A stretch of 64,000 bases of DNA from Brevundimonas sp. (GTDB lineage Bacteria > Pseudomonadota > Alphaproteobacteria > Caulobacterales > Caulobacteraceae): positions 14,687 to 78,686 of the forward strand of contig NZ_JAUYNX010000015.1 of assembly GCF_030704825.1 (NCBI RefSeq), written 5' to 3'. Of the stretch, positions 1-8,927 are shown piece after piece (position 1 is the first letter of the stretch; each line of letters begins with the position of its first letter). The notes beneath the pieces were generated by a model, which did not search any database, was not told the origin of the DNA, and was given only the letters and a program-made list of their open reading frames with translations. Both the position numbers and the translations under genes were made by a program.

Positions 1-158
1 AAGCGGGTGCGCGAGGACGCATAGGGGCGCTCGGCGAGCGGAAATCGGCCAATCGCGGCAAGGCCAAGGTCATTTCGGGGCGCCTGAAACAAACCGTCAC
101 CTGTCGTGTTAGCCAGTCGGTGCGAGCCCTCCCCGCTCGCTTAGACAAGGCAGACATC

Positions 159-758
159 ATGCGAAAGACCGCGCTCCTCACTGGCGTCGCCGGCCTGCTC
201 CTCATGACCGCTCCCGCGTTCGCCCAGGACGGCACGGCCCCGCAAACCCCGCCGGCCCCGGCCGAAGCGGCTCCGCCGGCCGCTGAACAACCCCGGAGTC
301 TGACCCTCCAGCCCGGTTCCGACGTCAAGGGCTCGGACGGCACGGTGCTCGGGCAGCTGGAAGGCGCCCGCAATACGCCGACCGGCCAGGAACTGACCGT
401 GCGCGGCGCCGACGGCCAGCTGCGCGGCGTCCCCGTCGCCGAAGGCGTGCGCCAGGAGGGAACCGGCGTCGCGGTGGGCTGGACCAGCGCCCAGTTCGCC
501 TCGGCCCCCTCGATCAGCGATACGGCTGAAGACGTCGCCGAGCCGGCCGCGCCGCCGATGCCCGAGGAGTCGACCCCGCCGGACGCGGCGACGCCCGCGA
601 CTCCGGCGACGCCCGCCACCCCCGCCGTCCCGGCGGAACCGGGTGAATTCCCGGCCAAGCCCGCCGAACCGGCGGACCCGGCCAAGCCGGCTCAACCCGC
701 CAGCCCGGCTCCGGGCGAGGGCGAAGAGGCCCCGCCGCCGACGGAGCCCGAGGCCTGA
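159..758 (+). CDS. Secreted Pro/Ala-rich hypothetical protein with a short PRC-barrel-like segment
   Basis: ATG at 159 gives MRKTALLTGVAGLLLMTAPAFA (Sec signal, AFA cleavage), then SDVKGSDGTVLGQL (PRC-barrel-like) and a long PAT/PAE low-complexity tail; hairpin terminator follows. Confidence 0.7.
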   Translation: MRKTALLTGVAGLLLMTAPAFAQDGTAPQTPPAPAEAAPPAAEQPRSLTLQPGSDVKGSDGTVLGQLEGARNTPTGQELTVRGADGQLRGVPVAEGVRQEGTGVAVGWTSAQFASAPSISDTAEDVAEPAAPPMPEESTPPDAATPATPATPATPAVPAEPGEFPAKPAEPADPAKPAQPASPAPGEGEEAPPPTEPEA

Positions 759-786
759 CCGACCTGAGGCCGCAAGACCACAAGAA

Positions 787-815
787 AAGGGCGGCTCCAT
801 CGCGGAGCCGCCCTT
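787..815. terminator. Bidirectional intrinsic terminator hairpin
   Basis: aagggcggctcc-atcgc-ggagccgccctt, perfect 12 bp stem between convergent genes, with A-run before and T-rich sequence after. Confidence 0.8.
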
Positions 816-839
816 CGCTTTTCGGGATCGAGGCGGCGA

Positions 840-1094
840 TCAGCCGCGTCGCTTCACCAGCCCCACCAGGAACAGCAGAAGCACGGCGCCGCCCACGGCC
901 ACCAGGAGGGTGATCAGGTTGAAGCCGCCGACCGGCACGCCCAGCAGGTTCGAGGCGATGAAGCCGCCGAGCAGGGCGCCGACCACGCCGACGATCAGGT
1001 TGGTCAGCAGGCCGTGGTTGCGGCCCATGATCTGTTCGGCCAGCCAGCCGGCCACGATGCCGATGACGATCCAGCCAATAATTCCCAAGCCCAT
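840..1094 (-). CDS. GlsB/YeaQ/YmgE (transglycosylase-associated) small membrane protein
   Basis: MGLGIIGWIVIGIVAGWLAEQIMG...NLIVGVVGALLGG family pattern; SD aaggag upstream of ATG 1094. Confidence 0.85.
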   Translation of the reverse strand: MGLGIIGWIVIGIVAGWLAEQIMGRNHGLLTNLIVGVVGALLGGFIASNLLGVPVGGFNLITLLVAVGGAVLLLFLVGLVKRRG

Positions 1095-1279
1095 TTGGTT
1101 CTCCTTCCAAGCCCAATGCTCTGTCGCGGTAAATGCGCGGCCGCGGGAACGGTTGCTAAGCTTGCGGAAGAACGGCGCTCGCCGACTCTCCCCCGTCACG
1201 CGAGCCCGGCATGGTGCTTGCCGCGTGGAGGGCGAGCCGTCCCGCTTCGGGACAGCCTGCCAAACGGGGAAAATGGGCC

Positions 1280-1657
1280 ATGGCCACCGATATCGACCTT
1301 CACCTGGGACGCCGCCTGCGTCGCCGCCGGCGACTGCTCGGCCTGACGCAGCAGCAACTGGCCACCCAGGTCGGCATCCGCTTCCAGCAGATCCAGAAGT
1401 ACGAATGCGGCGCCAACCGCATCTCGGCCGCGCGCCTGTGGCAGTTGTCCGAGGCCCTGGAATCGCCGGTCAGCTATTTCTACGACGGCCTGGAAGAAGC
1501 CATCGAACGCAAGGAGGCGGCCAACCAGGGCGGCGAGATGTTTTCCCGCAAAGAAACCCTCGACCTGATCCAGGCCTACTACCAGCTCGACGAGAAGCCG
1601 CGCCGGCGCCTGCTGGACCTGGCCAAGTCGCTGCACGCCGAGGGCGACGCCGCCTGA
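1280..1657 (+). CDS. XRE-family HTH regulator (PraR/PhrR-like)
   Basis: IDLHLGRRLRRRR...LTQQQLA...FQQIQKYECGANRISAARL...SYFYDG matches the alphaproteobacterial PraR/PhrR group. Confidence 0.85.
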   Translation: MATDIDLHLGRRLRRRRRLLGLTQQQLATQVGIRFQQIQKYECGANRISAARLWQLSEALESPVSYFYDGLEEAIERKEAANQGGEMFSRKETLDLIQAYYQLDEKPRRRLLDLAKSLHAEGDAA

Positions 1658-1669
1658 AGGCGGTGAGAT

Positions 1670-1782
1670 TGGCGGGTGGCGAGTGGCGAGTGATCGCGAC
1701 TGCACCCGCCATCTCGCGGCGGACGCGGCTGATTTGTGATGCGACGGTTGACTCGCCACCCGCCACTCGCCACTCGCCACTC
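1670..1782. repeat. Inverted pair of heptamer tandem arrays (TGGCGRG)n / (ACYCGCC)n
   Basis: 1670-1692 tggcggg-tggcgag-tggcgag-tg; 1751-1782 actcgcc-acccgcc-actcgcc-actcgcc-actc. Confidence 0.85.
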
Positions 1783-1783
1783 C

Positions 1784-2569
1784 ATGACCGAGTACGAACT
1801 GTTCGCCGTTGAACTGGCCCGCGAGGCCGCGCGCGTCTCCCTGCCGTATTTCCGCGGCGCTTGCGAGGAGACGGACAAGGGCGGTCCGGGCGCCTTCGAT
1901 CCGGTCACCCAGGCCGATCGCGAGGCCGAGGCGGCGATCCGCCGGCTGATCGCGTCCCGCTATCCCGACCACGGGGTGATCGGCGAGGAGTATGGCGAGG
2001 ATCGCCCGGACGCCGACCGGGTCTGGATTCTCGACCCCATCGACGGCACGCGGGCCTTCATCGCCGGCCTGCCCCTGTGGACCAATCTGATCGCCTTGCG
2101 AAGCGAAGGCCGCCCGACCGTCGGGATCATCGGCCAGCCGTATCTCGACGAAGTCTTCCTCGGCGGTCCGTCGGGCGCGCGCCTGTTGAAGGGCGGGGCG
2201 ACGACGCCGTTGGCCGTCCGCCCCTGTCCGCGCCTGACCGAGGCCCTGATCGCCACCACCGACCCGGACCTGTTCACGGGCGCGGAGCTGGGAGCATGGA
2301 CCCAGGTTCGCGCCGCCGCCCGGCTGGCCCGACTGGGCTGCGACGCCTACGCCTACGCCATGCTGGCGGCGGGCCGCGTCGATCTGGTGGCCGAGAGCGG
2401 GCTGAAGGTCTGGGACTGGTCGGCCCTGGTTCCCGTCATCGAGGCGGCGGGCGGCGCGGTCAGCAACTGGCGCGGCGAGGCGCCGGACGGAAGCGGACAG
2501 ATCCTGGCCGTGGGGGATGTCGGCATCCGGGACCAGGCCCTGGTCACCCTGAGAAGAGCGGCGATCTAA
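1784..2569 (+). CDS. hisN: Histidinol-phosphatase, inositol monophosphatase family
   Basis: FDPVTQADREAE, EEYG, WILDPIDGTRAF, DCYAY-like CDAYAY and WDWSAL motifs. Confidence 0.85.
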   Translation: MTEYELFAVELAREAARVSLPYFRGACEETDKGGPGAFDPVTQADREAEAAIRRLIASRYPDHGVIGEEYGEDRPDADRVWILDPIDGTRAFIAGLPLWTNLIALRSEGRPTVGIIGQPYLDEVFLGGPSGARLLKGGATTPLAVRPCPRLTEALIATTDPDLFTGAELGAWTQVRAAARLARLGCDAYAYAMLAAGRVDLVAESGLKVWDWSALVPVIEAAGGAVSNWRGEAPDGSGQILAVGDVGIRDQALVTLRRAAI

Positions 2570-2588
2570 AATCCGCTCATTCTATGGT

Positions 2589-3629
2589 TCAGGCCGCCTC
2601 GGTCGGTTCGCCGGCGGGCTCCGGAGCCGGGATCGGCGACAGGTCCTCGACCGGCGAGACATAGGCCCCCATGGCGTCGAACTCCTCGAGGAAGACCGCG
2701 CGCTTGTCGTCGGTCTCCATGATGATCTCGTGCTTCGCGTCCGGGATCTCGACGTAGCGGCCCCGGCCGAGGCGTTTGGCGGCCCATTTGTTGGTCTGTT
2801 TCCAGACCCGGTCGTCGTCGCCCGCCTGAACGATGGCGACGGGGATCCGCACGGCCTTGAGCGCCCGGGGCTTCAGCGACCGCTCGCCGGCGTCGAGACC
2901 GAAGGCCAGCCAGCCCCAGGTCGGTCCGCCGACGGCCAGATGAGGGCAGGCGTACAGCTGTTGCCGCCATTGCTCGTAGCGGCTTTCGTCGGACGTCAGG
3001 GCGTCCTTTTCGAAGGTGTGGTCGAACGGATCGTCCGGATCGTCCAGAACATAGTCGCCGGCCTTGCCGTGGCGCAGGTTCCAGCGCACCGCGAGCTTGA
3101 CCGACCACATCGACCGCTTGCCGGTCTTTATGCGCAGCATGGGACTGGTCAGAAGGGCGCCGGAGAAGCGGCTCTCGCCCCCCTGCAGGGTCATCAGGTT
3201 CAGCGTGGCGCCCATGGAATGACCGACCATGACCCAGGGCTTGGGCGCGCGACCTTCAAAGGCTTCGAGCAGACGGCCGTAGTCGTCGAGGAATTCCTCG
3301 ACCGCCCGGGCGTGGCCCTTCAGCCGGTCCGGCAGCAGACGGGCGGACAGGCCCTGGCCGCGCCAGTCGTGGGCCAGGACGCACCAGCCGCGGGCGAGGA
3401 AATTGCCGATGACCTCATAGTATTTCTCGATCGGCTCGGTCCGGCCGGGACTGACCACCACGGTGCCGCGCGGCTTCCGCGCCACCAGGGCCGAGGGCGT
3501 CCAGAAGGCGGCGCGCAGGCGCAGGCCGCCCGCGCCGCGGAACCATTCGCCCACGCCTCCCGGAGGCGCGGACGCGCCCGGGACCCCCATCAGGGGCGCG
3601 TTGGCGGCATAGGCGACGGCTCGGTTCAC
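2589..3629 (-). CDS. Alpha/beta hydrolase (lysophospholipase PldB-like)
   Basis: PGRTEPIEKY, DWRGQGLS, GHSMG nucleophile elbow, HEI; GTG start overlaps the upstream stop (GTGA). Confidence 0.85.
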   Translation of the reverse strand: MNRAVAYAANAPLMGVPGASAPPGGVGEWFRGAGGLRLRAAFWTPSALVARKPRGTVVVSPGRTEPIEKYYEVIGNFLARGWCVLAHDWRGQGLSARLLPDRLKGHARAVEEFLDDYGRLLEAFEGRAPKPWVMVGHSMGATLNLMTLQGGESRFSGALLTSPMLRIKTGKRSMWSVKLAVRWNLRHGKAGDYVLDDPDDPFDHTFEKDALTSDESRYEQWRQQLYACPHLAVGGPTWGWLAFGLDAGERSLKPRALKAVRIPVAIVQAGDDDRVWKQTNKWAAKRLGRGRYVEIPDAKHEIIMETDDKRAVFLEEFDAMGAYVSPVEDLSPIPAPEPAGEPTEAA

Positions 3630-4546
3630 TCTGGCTTCCTGAATCTCAGGGTCATGCGATCACTCTCCCCGATCGCGTCATACTTCGAGCGATCGAAGGT
3701 CGGGTTGGGCGGCGAACCGCGGGGCGCGGTCAGACTCATCGGCGGCAAGGTTTCCACGCCGAACGGATGATCCTTGGTATCCCTTTCATTCGCGTTGATT
3801 TCCGAAGCGGCGACGAAAGCGAACCCCGCTTCGGCCGCCAGCTGCTTCACGAACGCTTCCTGGACGTATCCGTTCGCCGCCGCCGGGTCCTGGTCCTCCT
3901 CGGGTCCGAGCCGGTGCTGCTCGATTCCCAGCACGCCGCCGGGGCGGAGAGCCGCCCAGGCGTCGGCGAAGGCCTTTTCGGCGATGCCCGCCGCCATCCA
4001 CGCATGGATGTTGCGCATGAACAGGACCATGTCGGCCGTGCCGGCGGCGGTCACCGGGCCTGACGTCGGCCCGAAGGCGCTGAGTTCGATCTCGCCGTAC
4101 AGGCGGCGATCGTTGGTGAACCGCTGCTGGAAAGCCGCCATCAGCTGGACCTGCGAAGGGTCAGCCCCGGGCCCGGTCTGAAAGCCCGCCGCGACGTATT
4201 TGCCGGCGCCCTCGGCCAGATAGGGGGCGAGAATCTCGGTCCACCAGCCGCTGCCGGGCCAGAACTCCACCACCGTCATTCGCGGCTGCAGGCCGAAGAA
4301 GCGCAGGGTCTCCATCGGATGGCGGGCGGCGTCCCTCGCCTTGTGCTGGGCCCGCCAGGGTCCGGCCACCGCCCATTCCAGCGATCCCTTGGGCGGCCCG
4401 TCTGGCTCGGGCGGGGGTTCGGCGGTCTGTTCGCGACCGCAGGCTCCGAGGCCGCCCAGCGCGCCGGTCAGCGTCAGGCCGGCGATGCCGGACACCAGGT
4501 CCCGGCGCGACAGCGACGGCCGCCAGCCCTGTCTCGATTCAGCCAT
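3626..4546 (-). CDS. Predicted class I SAM-dependent methyltransferase (COG4798-like), Tat lipoprotein
   Basis: LSRRDLV twin-arginine motif plus LGAC lipobox; VVEFWPGSGWW; LRPGGVLGIEQHR; C-terminal IGESDRMTLRFRKP. Confidence 0.75.
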   Translation of the reverse strand: MAESRQGWRPSLSRRDLVSGIAGLTLTGALGGLGACGREQTAEPPPEPDGPPKGSLEWAVAGPWRAQHKARDAARHPMETLRFFGLQPRMTVVEFWPGSGWWTEILAPYLAEGAGKYVAAGFQTGPGADPSQVQLMAAFQQRFTNDRRLYGEIELSAFGPTSGPVTAAGTADMVLFMRNIHAWMAAGIAEKAFADAWAALRPGGVLGIEQHRLGPEEDQDPAAANGYVQEAFVKQLAAEAGFAFVAASEINANERDTKDHPFGVETLPPMSLTAPRGSPPNPTFDRSKYDAIGESDRMTLRFRKPE

Positions 4547-4652
4547 TCAGATCCCCTCGAGGACGGCCCTGCACGCTTTGGGCCAGCCCCGGCCGGCAGG
4601 GCTTAACCCTGTTCCCCGGCCCGGTCAAAACGGTTCCCGGCATCGGCGGACG

Positions 4653-5480
4653 TCAGTCCGGCTTGCGGAAACGCAGGGTCATGCGGTCGCTCTCGCCGAT
4701 CGCGTCATACTCGGCCCGTTCGGCCTCGGTCAGCGGCGTGGGCCGGTCATATGTGTTGCCCTCGCGCGGGGCGCTGGTGCGCACGGGCGGCAGGGTCCAG
4801 ACGCCGTACGGATGGTCGTGATCGTCCTTCGGATTGGCGTTCAGTTCGCTGCGGGCCTCAAGCACGAAGCCCGCGGCCTGGGCGGCGTGGATGACGTAGC
4901 TTTCCGAGACATAGCCGTAGGGGGCCGTGGCGTCGGCGTTCAGGCCCTCGGCGCCGCGATGCTGTTCGACGGCGAGGACCCCGCCCGGCCTCAGCGCCTT
5001 GAAGAAGGCGGCCATGTAGGGGGCGGTGCGGCCGTTGCGGTGCCAGTTGTGGAAGGCGCGGGCGACCACGACCATGTCGGCGGTCCCGTCCTCGACGCCC
5101 ATGCCCTCCAGCGGGCGATTGACGGCGACATAGGTCCCGCCGGTGGCCTCGGCGTAGGGCCGCAGGATGGCGCTCCACCACCCGCCGCGGCCCGGCTCGA
5201 TCTCGACGACGGTAGACCCCGGCGTCAGGCCCCAGAAGGTCAGGGTCTCGAATGGGTGGCGGTGGACGTCGCGGGCCACGTCGGCGGCGGGGCGGGCGTC
5301 GGAACCGACCGCCGCCTGCAACGCCGCGTCCTCCTGCAGCACCGGCGGCGTCATGGCGGCGCGACGGACGGTGCGCTGGGCGGCCGTCTCGTTCAGGGCC
5401 GGCAACGTCGGCAGGGTCTGGGCCGCGGCGATCGCGGGCAGGGCGAGGGCGGCGGTCACGGCGAGGGCGAGCAGACGCAT
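4653..5480 (-). CDS. Second COG4798-like methyltransferase, Sec signal peptide
   Basis: ATG 5480 gives MRLLALAVTAALALPAIAAA; RHPFETLTFWG; LRPGGVLAVEQHR; same IGESDRMTLRFRKP tail as its neighbour. Confidence 0.75.
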   Translation of the reverse strand: MRLLALAVTAALALPAIAAAQTLPTLPALNETAAQRTVRRAAMTPPVLQEDAALQAAVGSDARPAADVARDVHRHPFETLTFWGLTPGSTVVEIEPGRGGWWSAILRPYAEATGGTYVAVNRPLEGMGVEDGTADMVVVARAFHNWHRNGRTAPYMAAFFKALRPGGVLAVEQHRGAEGLNADATAPYGYVSESYVIHAAQAAGFVLEARSELNANPKDDHDHPYGVWTLPPVRTSAPREGNTYDRPTPLTEAERAEYDAIGESDRMTLRFRKPD

Positions 5481-5579
5481 GGGGGGACTCCACAAGGGAT
5501 CGCGGGAATGCGGGCGAACCCTAAGGAGTCTGTGGACGGGGGCAAGCCTCCCGAGGGGAGGGCGACAGACGGGCGCGGC

Positions 5580-5607
5580 CTTGACGCCGGCCGGACACTT
5601 CCCACAT
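5580..5607 (+). promoter_or_regulatory. RpoH (sigma32)-type promoter of ibpA
   Basis: CTTGAC-N15-CCCACAT upstream of an Hsp20 gene; resembles the alphaproteobacterial CTTG...CCyATAT consensus. Confidence 0.7.
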
Positions 5608-5612
5608 CGGCA

Positions 5613-5748
5613 TCCGAGGCCGCCGATCCCGGGGCCTCCAGACCGGACGGGGCCGAGCATCGGGCCGACCGGGCTGAACTCCCACCGCCGTCCCGGGCAA
5701 ATCGCTGGGACGGTTCAACCTTGCTGATCCTCAGGAGGATGACCCATG
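5613..5748 (+). ncRNA. ROSE-like RNA thermometer in the ibpA 5' UTR
   Basis: Final hairpin 5712-5744 pairs CCUU(G)CUGA with UCAGGAGG: UUGCU opposite the SD with a bulged G; long GC-rich leader. Confidence 0.75.
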
Positions 5749-6225
5749 CGTACCTATGATTTCACCCCGCTGTACCGTTCCGCCGTCGGTTTCGACCGTC
5801 TGGCCGGCCTGCTGGAAAACGCCGCGCGCACCAGCCAGGAAAACGGCTGGCCGCCCTACAATATCGAGACGACCGGCGAGAACGCCTATCGCATCGAGAT
5901 CGCGGTCGCCGGCTTCAAGCCCGACGAACTGACCCTCGAGGTCAAGGAGAACCTGCTGACGGTGACCGGCCGCAAGACCGCCAACGACGATGCTGGCGCC
6001 GGGCGCACCTATCTGCATCGCGGCCTGGCCGAGCGCGACTTCGAGCGCCGGTTCCAGCTGGCCGACTATGTGGTGGTCCGGAGCGCCGATCTGGTGAACG
6101 GCCTGCTGTCCATCGATCTGGTCCGGGAGCTGCCGGAAGCCCTCAAGCCCCGCCGCATCGAGATCGGCGCCGGCGAGGCTTCGGCCAAGCCCCTGATCGA
6201 GGGCAAGAAGGCGAAGGCGGCGTAA
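5746..6225 (+). CDS. ibpA: Small heat shock protein Hsp20 (IbpA family)
   Basis: [51 protein letters not shown]. Confidence 0.95.
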   Translation: MRTYDFTPLYRSAVGFDRLAGLLENAARTSQENGWPPYNIETTGENAYRIEIAVAGFKPDELTLEVKENLLTVTGRKTANDDAGAGRTYLHRGLAERDFERRFQLADYVVVRSADLVNGLLSIDLVRELPEALKPRRIEIGAGEASAKPLIEGKKAKAA

Positions 6226-6249
6226 GCGCGGCCTCCGCTGATATCCGGG

Positions 6250-6277
6250 AAAGGGCGGCGTTCGCGCCGCCCTTTTT
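6250..6277. terminator. Intrinsic terminator after ibpA
   Basis: aaagggcggcg-ttcg-cgccgcccttttt: UUCG loop with T-tract. Confidence 0.9.
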
Positions 6278-6287
6278 CATGCCCGGA

Positions 6288-7523
6288 TCAGGCCGCCTCG
6301 GCGCGCGCCGCCCGGCCGATGGCGCGCTGCTGATCCTCGCTCAGGCCGGTCGCGTCGATGCGGGCGCCCGAAACGTCGGCGCCGTCCAGCCGCGCCCCGT
6401 CCAGCACCGCGCCCTCCAGCCGGGCGTAGCGCAGGCTGGCCTCGACCAGGACGACCGGCATCGACCGGTCGCGTCCGATCGCCAGGGCCCCGAGGTTGGC
6501 GCCGCGGAGATCCGCCTTGTTCAGCAGGGCCCCGTTCAGGCGCGAACCCCGAAGGTCGGCGCCCCTGAGGTCGGCGCCGCGCAGGTCGGCGCCCTCGAGG
6601 CTGGCGCCCTGGAGGCCGACGCCGCGCAGGTCCATGCCCGCCAGACACGCATGCTTGCCCGAGAGGCCCGGCAGTTTCAGCCCGGCCAGCCGCCCGCCCA
6701 GCGGACGCAGATCCTCGCCGTCGAACGCGGCCGGGGCGCCGAACACGCCGCCGCTCTCGGCCCAGGCGTTGGCGTCCAGCGCCTGTTCGGTCAGGGCGTC
6801 GGCGCGGGACCGGGCGTCGGGCGTGGGGGCCCGCAGCGCGCCGGTCATGTCCGCGCGGTTGGTCGTGGCGCGCTCGACCGCCACGCCGGTGAGGATCGCC
6901 CCGGTCAGCCGGGCGCCGTCCAGATTGGCGCCTTCCACGGTCGCATCCTCCAGCATGGCGCCGGACAGGTTGGCGTCCTTGAGATTGGCGCCCTTGAGGG
7001 TCGCGCCGCGCATCGAACAGTCGGAGAAGTCCGCCTTGAACGCCGTGACGCCTTCGAAATGAATGCCGTCCAGGGTGGCGCCGGCGAAGGTCGCGCCATC
7101 GGCTATGCCCTGCCGCTTCTCGTGCTTGACGGCGGCCAGGCCCCGTGTGGCGTGGGGCACGGCGATGACGCCTTCGCGGAAGTCGGCCCGCGTCAGGTCG
7201 GCGTCCGTCAGGCTGGCCCCGCGCAGGCAGGCGCCGCGCAGGTCGGCGCGCACCAGCCGGGCGCCGGTGAAGTCCGCCCCGCGCAGGTCGCAGCAGAACA
7301 GCACGGCGCCGTTGAGACAGGCGCCGGTCAGCCTGGCGTTCTCCAGCGCGCAGCCGGTGAAGTCGGCGTCGGTCAGGTTGCGGCCGGACAGGTCCAGACC
7401 GTTCAGGTCGACGAATTTCAGCGCCAGACGCCGGCCGCCGGGGCGACCCTCGACCAGCCGCTCGTGCGCCGCGAGGAACAGATCCAGGTCACCCTGGGAA
7501 AGGGGCCGGCGGACGAAGCTCAT
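6288..7523 (-). CDS. Pentapeptide repeat protein (downstream paralog)
   Basis: True start ATG 7523 (MSFVRRPLSQGDLD) overlaps the upstream stop (ATGA); many A(D/N)LxG repeats. Confidence 0.85.
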   Translation of the reverse strand: MSFVRRPLSQGDLDLFLAAHERLVEGRPGGRRLALKFVDLNGLDLSGRNLTDADFTGCALENARLTGACLNGAVLFCCDLRGADFTGARLVRADLRGACLRGASLTDADLTRADFREGVIAVPHATRGLAAVKHEKRQGIADGATFAGATLDGIHFEGVTAFKADFSDCSMRGATLKGANLKDANLSGAMLEDATVEGANLDGARLTGAILTGVAVERATTNRADMTGALRAPTPDARSRADALTEQALDANAWAESGGVFGAPAAFDGEDLRPLGGRLAGLKLPGLSGKHACLAGMDLRGVGLQGASLEGADLRGADLRGADLRGSRLNGALLNKADLRGANLGALAIGRDRSMPVVLVEASLRYARLEGAVLDGARLDGADVSGARIDATGLSEDQQRAIGRAARAEAA

Positions 7524-8794
7524 GCCACGGCGTCCATCGGCTCGAAGCCCCGGACGCCGGCCATGACCGCGTCCGTCAGTTCGGCCTGGCGCAGGCAGGC
7601 GCCGAACAGCATGGCGCGGCTGAGGTCGGCCCCGGCGAGAACGGCGCGCTTCAGGTCCGCGCCGGACAGGTCGGCCCCGCGCAGGCAGGTTCCCGTCAGG
7701 TCGGCCGGCAACAGGCGGTCGGCCGCGATCAGCAGCGGGCCCAGCTGCGCCCCCCGCAGGTCGGCGCCGTTCAGCCGCGCCCGGGCCAGCCGGGCCCCGC
7801 GCAGGTCGGCGCCCTTCAGATTGACCGAGCGCAGGTCGGCGTCCTCGAGATGCGCGCCCTGGAGCTGCACCCCTTCCATGTCGAGGCCGTAGAAGACCGC
7901 CCCCTTGGCCGACAGGGCGGTGAGATTGTAGCCGTGGATCGACCGCAGCGCCCTGAGATCGACGCCGTCGAAGACCGAGGGACGCCCCGTGGCGCCGCCG
8001 CTCTCGCACCATTGGGCGTGTTCGGCGAGCATTTCGGCGGCGGGCATCTTGCCGACCGGAGCGCCCGTGGAGCGGTCGTCGGTCAGCGCGCCGGCCATGT
8101 TGGCTCCGTCGGTCCGCCACATGGCGCTCTTGACGCCGACGAGGATGCAGTCGCGCAGGTCCGCGCCCGACAGGTCCGCGCCCGACAGATCGGCGCCGGC
8201 CAGGTCCGCGCCGCGGAAGCTGGCCTGTTTGAGGTTCGCGCGGACCAGTTTGCAGTCCTTCATGATGGCGTCGGAGAAGTCGGCGGCCACGGCGACCACG
8301 CCGGTCAGCCTGGACCGTTCCAGATTGGCGCCCGCCAGACAGGCGCCCTGCGCCTCGGTCGCGTTGCGCGACTTGGCCTCCACCACCTTGAAGCCCAGCT
8401 TGGCGTCGGCGGCCGCGATCGTGCCTTCTCTCAGGTCGGCCTCGAACAGGTCCGCGCCGGTCAGGTCCGCGCCGCGCAGACAGGCCCCGCGCAGGTCGGC
8501 GCGGCGCAGGCTGGCCTCGACCAGCAGGCAGTCCTGCATGTCCGCGCCGAAGAAGGTGGCGTTGTCCAGCCGGGCGCCCGACAGGTCCGTCCCGATCAGG
8601 CGGCAGGCGGCGAAATCGGCGTCGGCGAGGTTGCGGCCCTTGAGCGAAAGGCCGGACAGATCGAGCCAGGCGAAGACCGCGCGGGCGCCGCCCGGCTTGG
8701 CCTGCCACAGGCGGTCGTGCCGGGCGCAGATGGCGTCCAGCTCGGATTGATCGATGCGCCTTCTGGCGACGGTTGGGGCGGCGTTTCCCGACAT
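7520..8794 (-). CDS. Pentapeptide repeat protein (upstream paralog)
   Basis: Extensive ADLSG/ADLRG repeats; N-terminal 'ARHDRLWQAKPGGARAVF' parallels the paralog's 'AAHERLVEGRPGGRRL'. Confidence 0.9.
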   Translation of the reverse strand: MSGNAAPTVARRRIDQSELDAICARHDRLWQAKPGGARAVFAWLDLSGLSLKGRNLADADFAACRLIGTDLSGARLDNATFFGADMQDCLLVEASLRRADLRGACLRGADLTGADLFEADLREGTIAAADAKLGFKVVEAKSRNATEAQGACLAGANLERSRLTGVVAVAADFSDAIMKDCKLVRANLKQASFRGADLAGADLSGADLSGADLRDCILVGVKSAMWRTDGANMAGALTDDRSTGAPVGKMPAAEMLAEHAQWCESGGATGRPSVFDGVDLRALRSIHGYNLTALSAKGAVFYGLDMEGVQLQGAHLEDADLRSVNLKGADLRGARLARARLNGADLRGAQLGPLLIAADRLLPADLTGTCLRGADLSGADLKRAVLAGADLSRAMLFGACLRQAELTDAVMAGVRGFEPMDAVA

Positions 8795-8927
8795 GGTCCC
8801 GATATGGCACGCCTCCGCTTAAGGAAGGGTGTGCGGGCATCTTGTCGCGCTAACGGCCGCGACGCGGTCGCGGCCTGCTTGAGCGCAGCCGCTCCGGCCT
8901 CAAGTAGCGCGAAGCGCGGTAGGCTCC

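Noticed and set aside
7524-8840. 850 aa ORF 6288-8840 as one giant pentapeptide protein
   Set aside because: The upstream half is an off-frame reading of the 7520-8794 gene; the real gene starts at ATG 7523 with an ATGA overlap.
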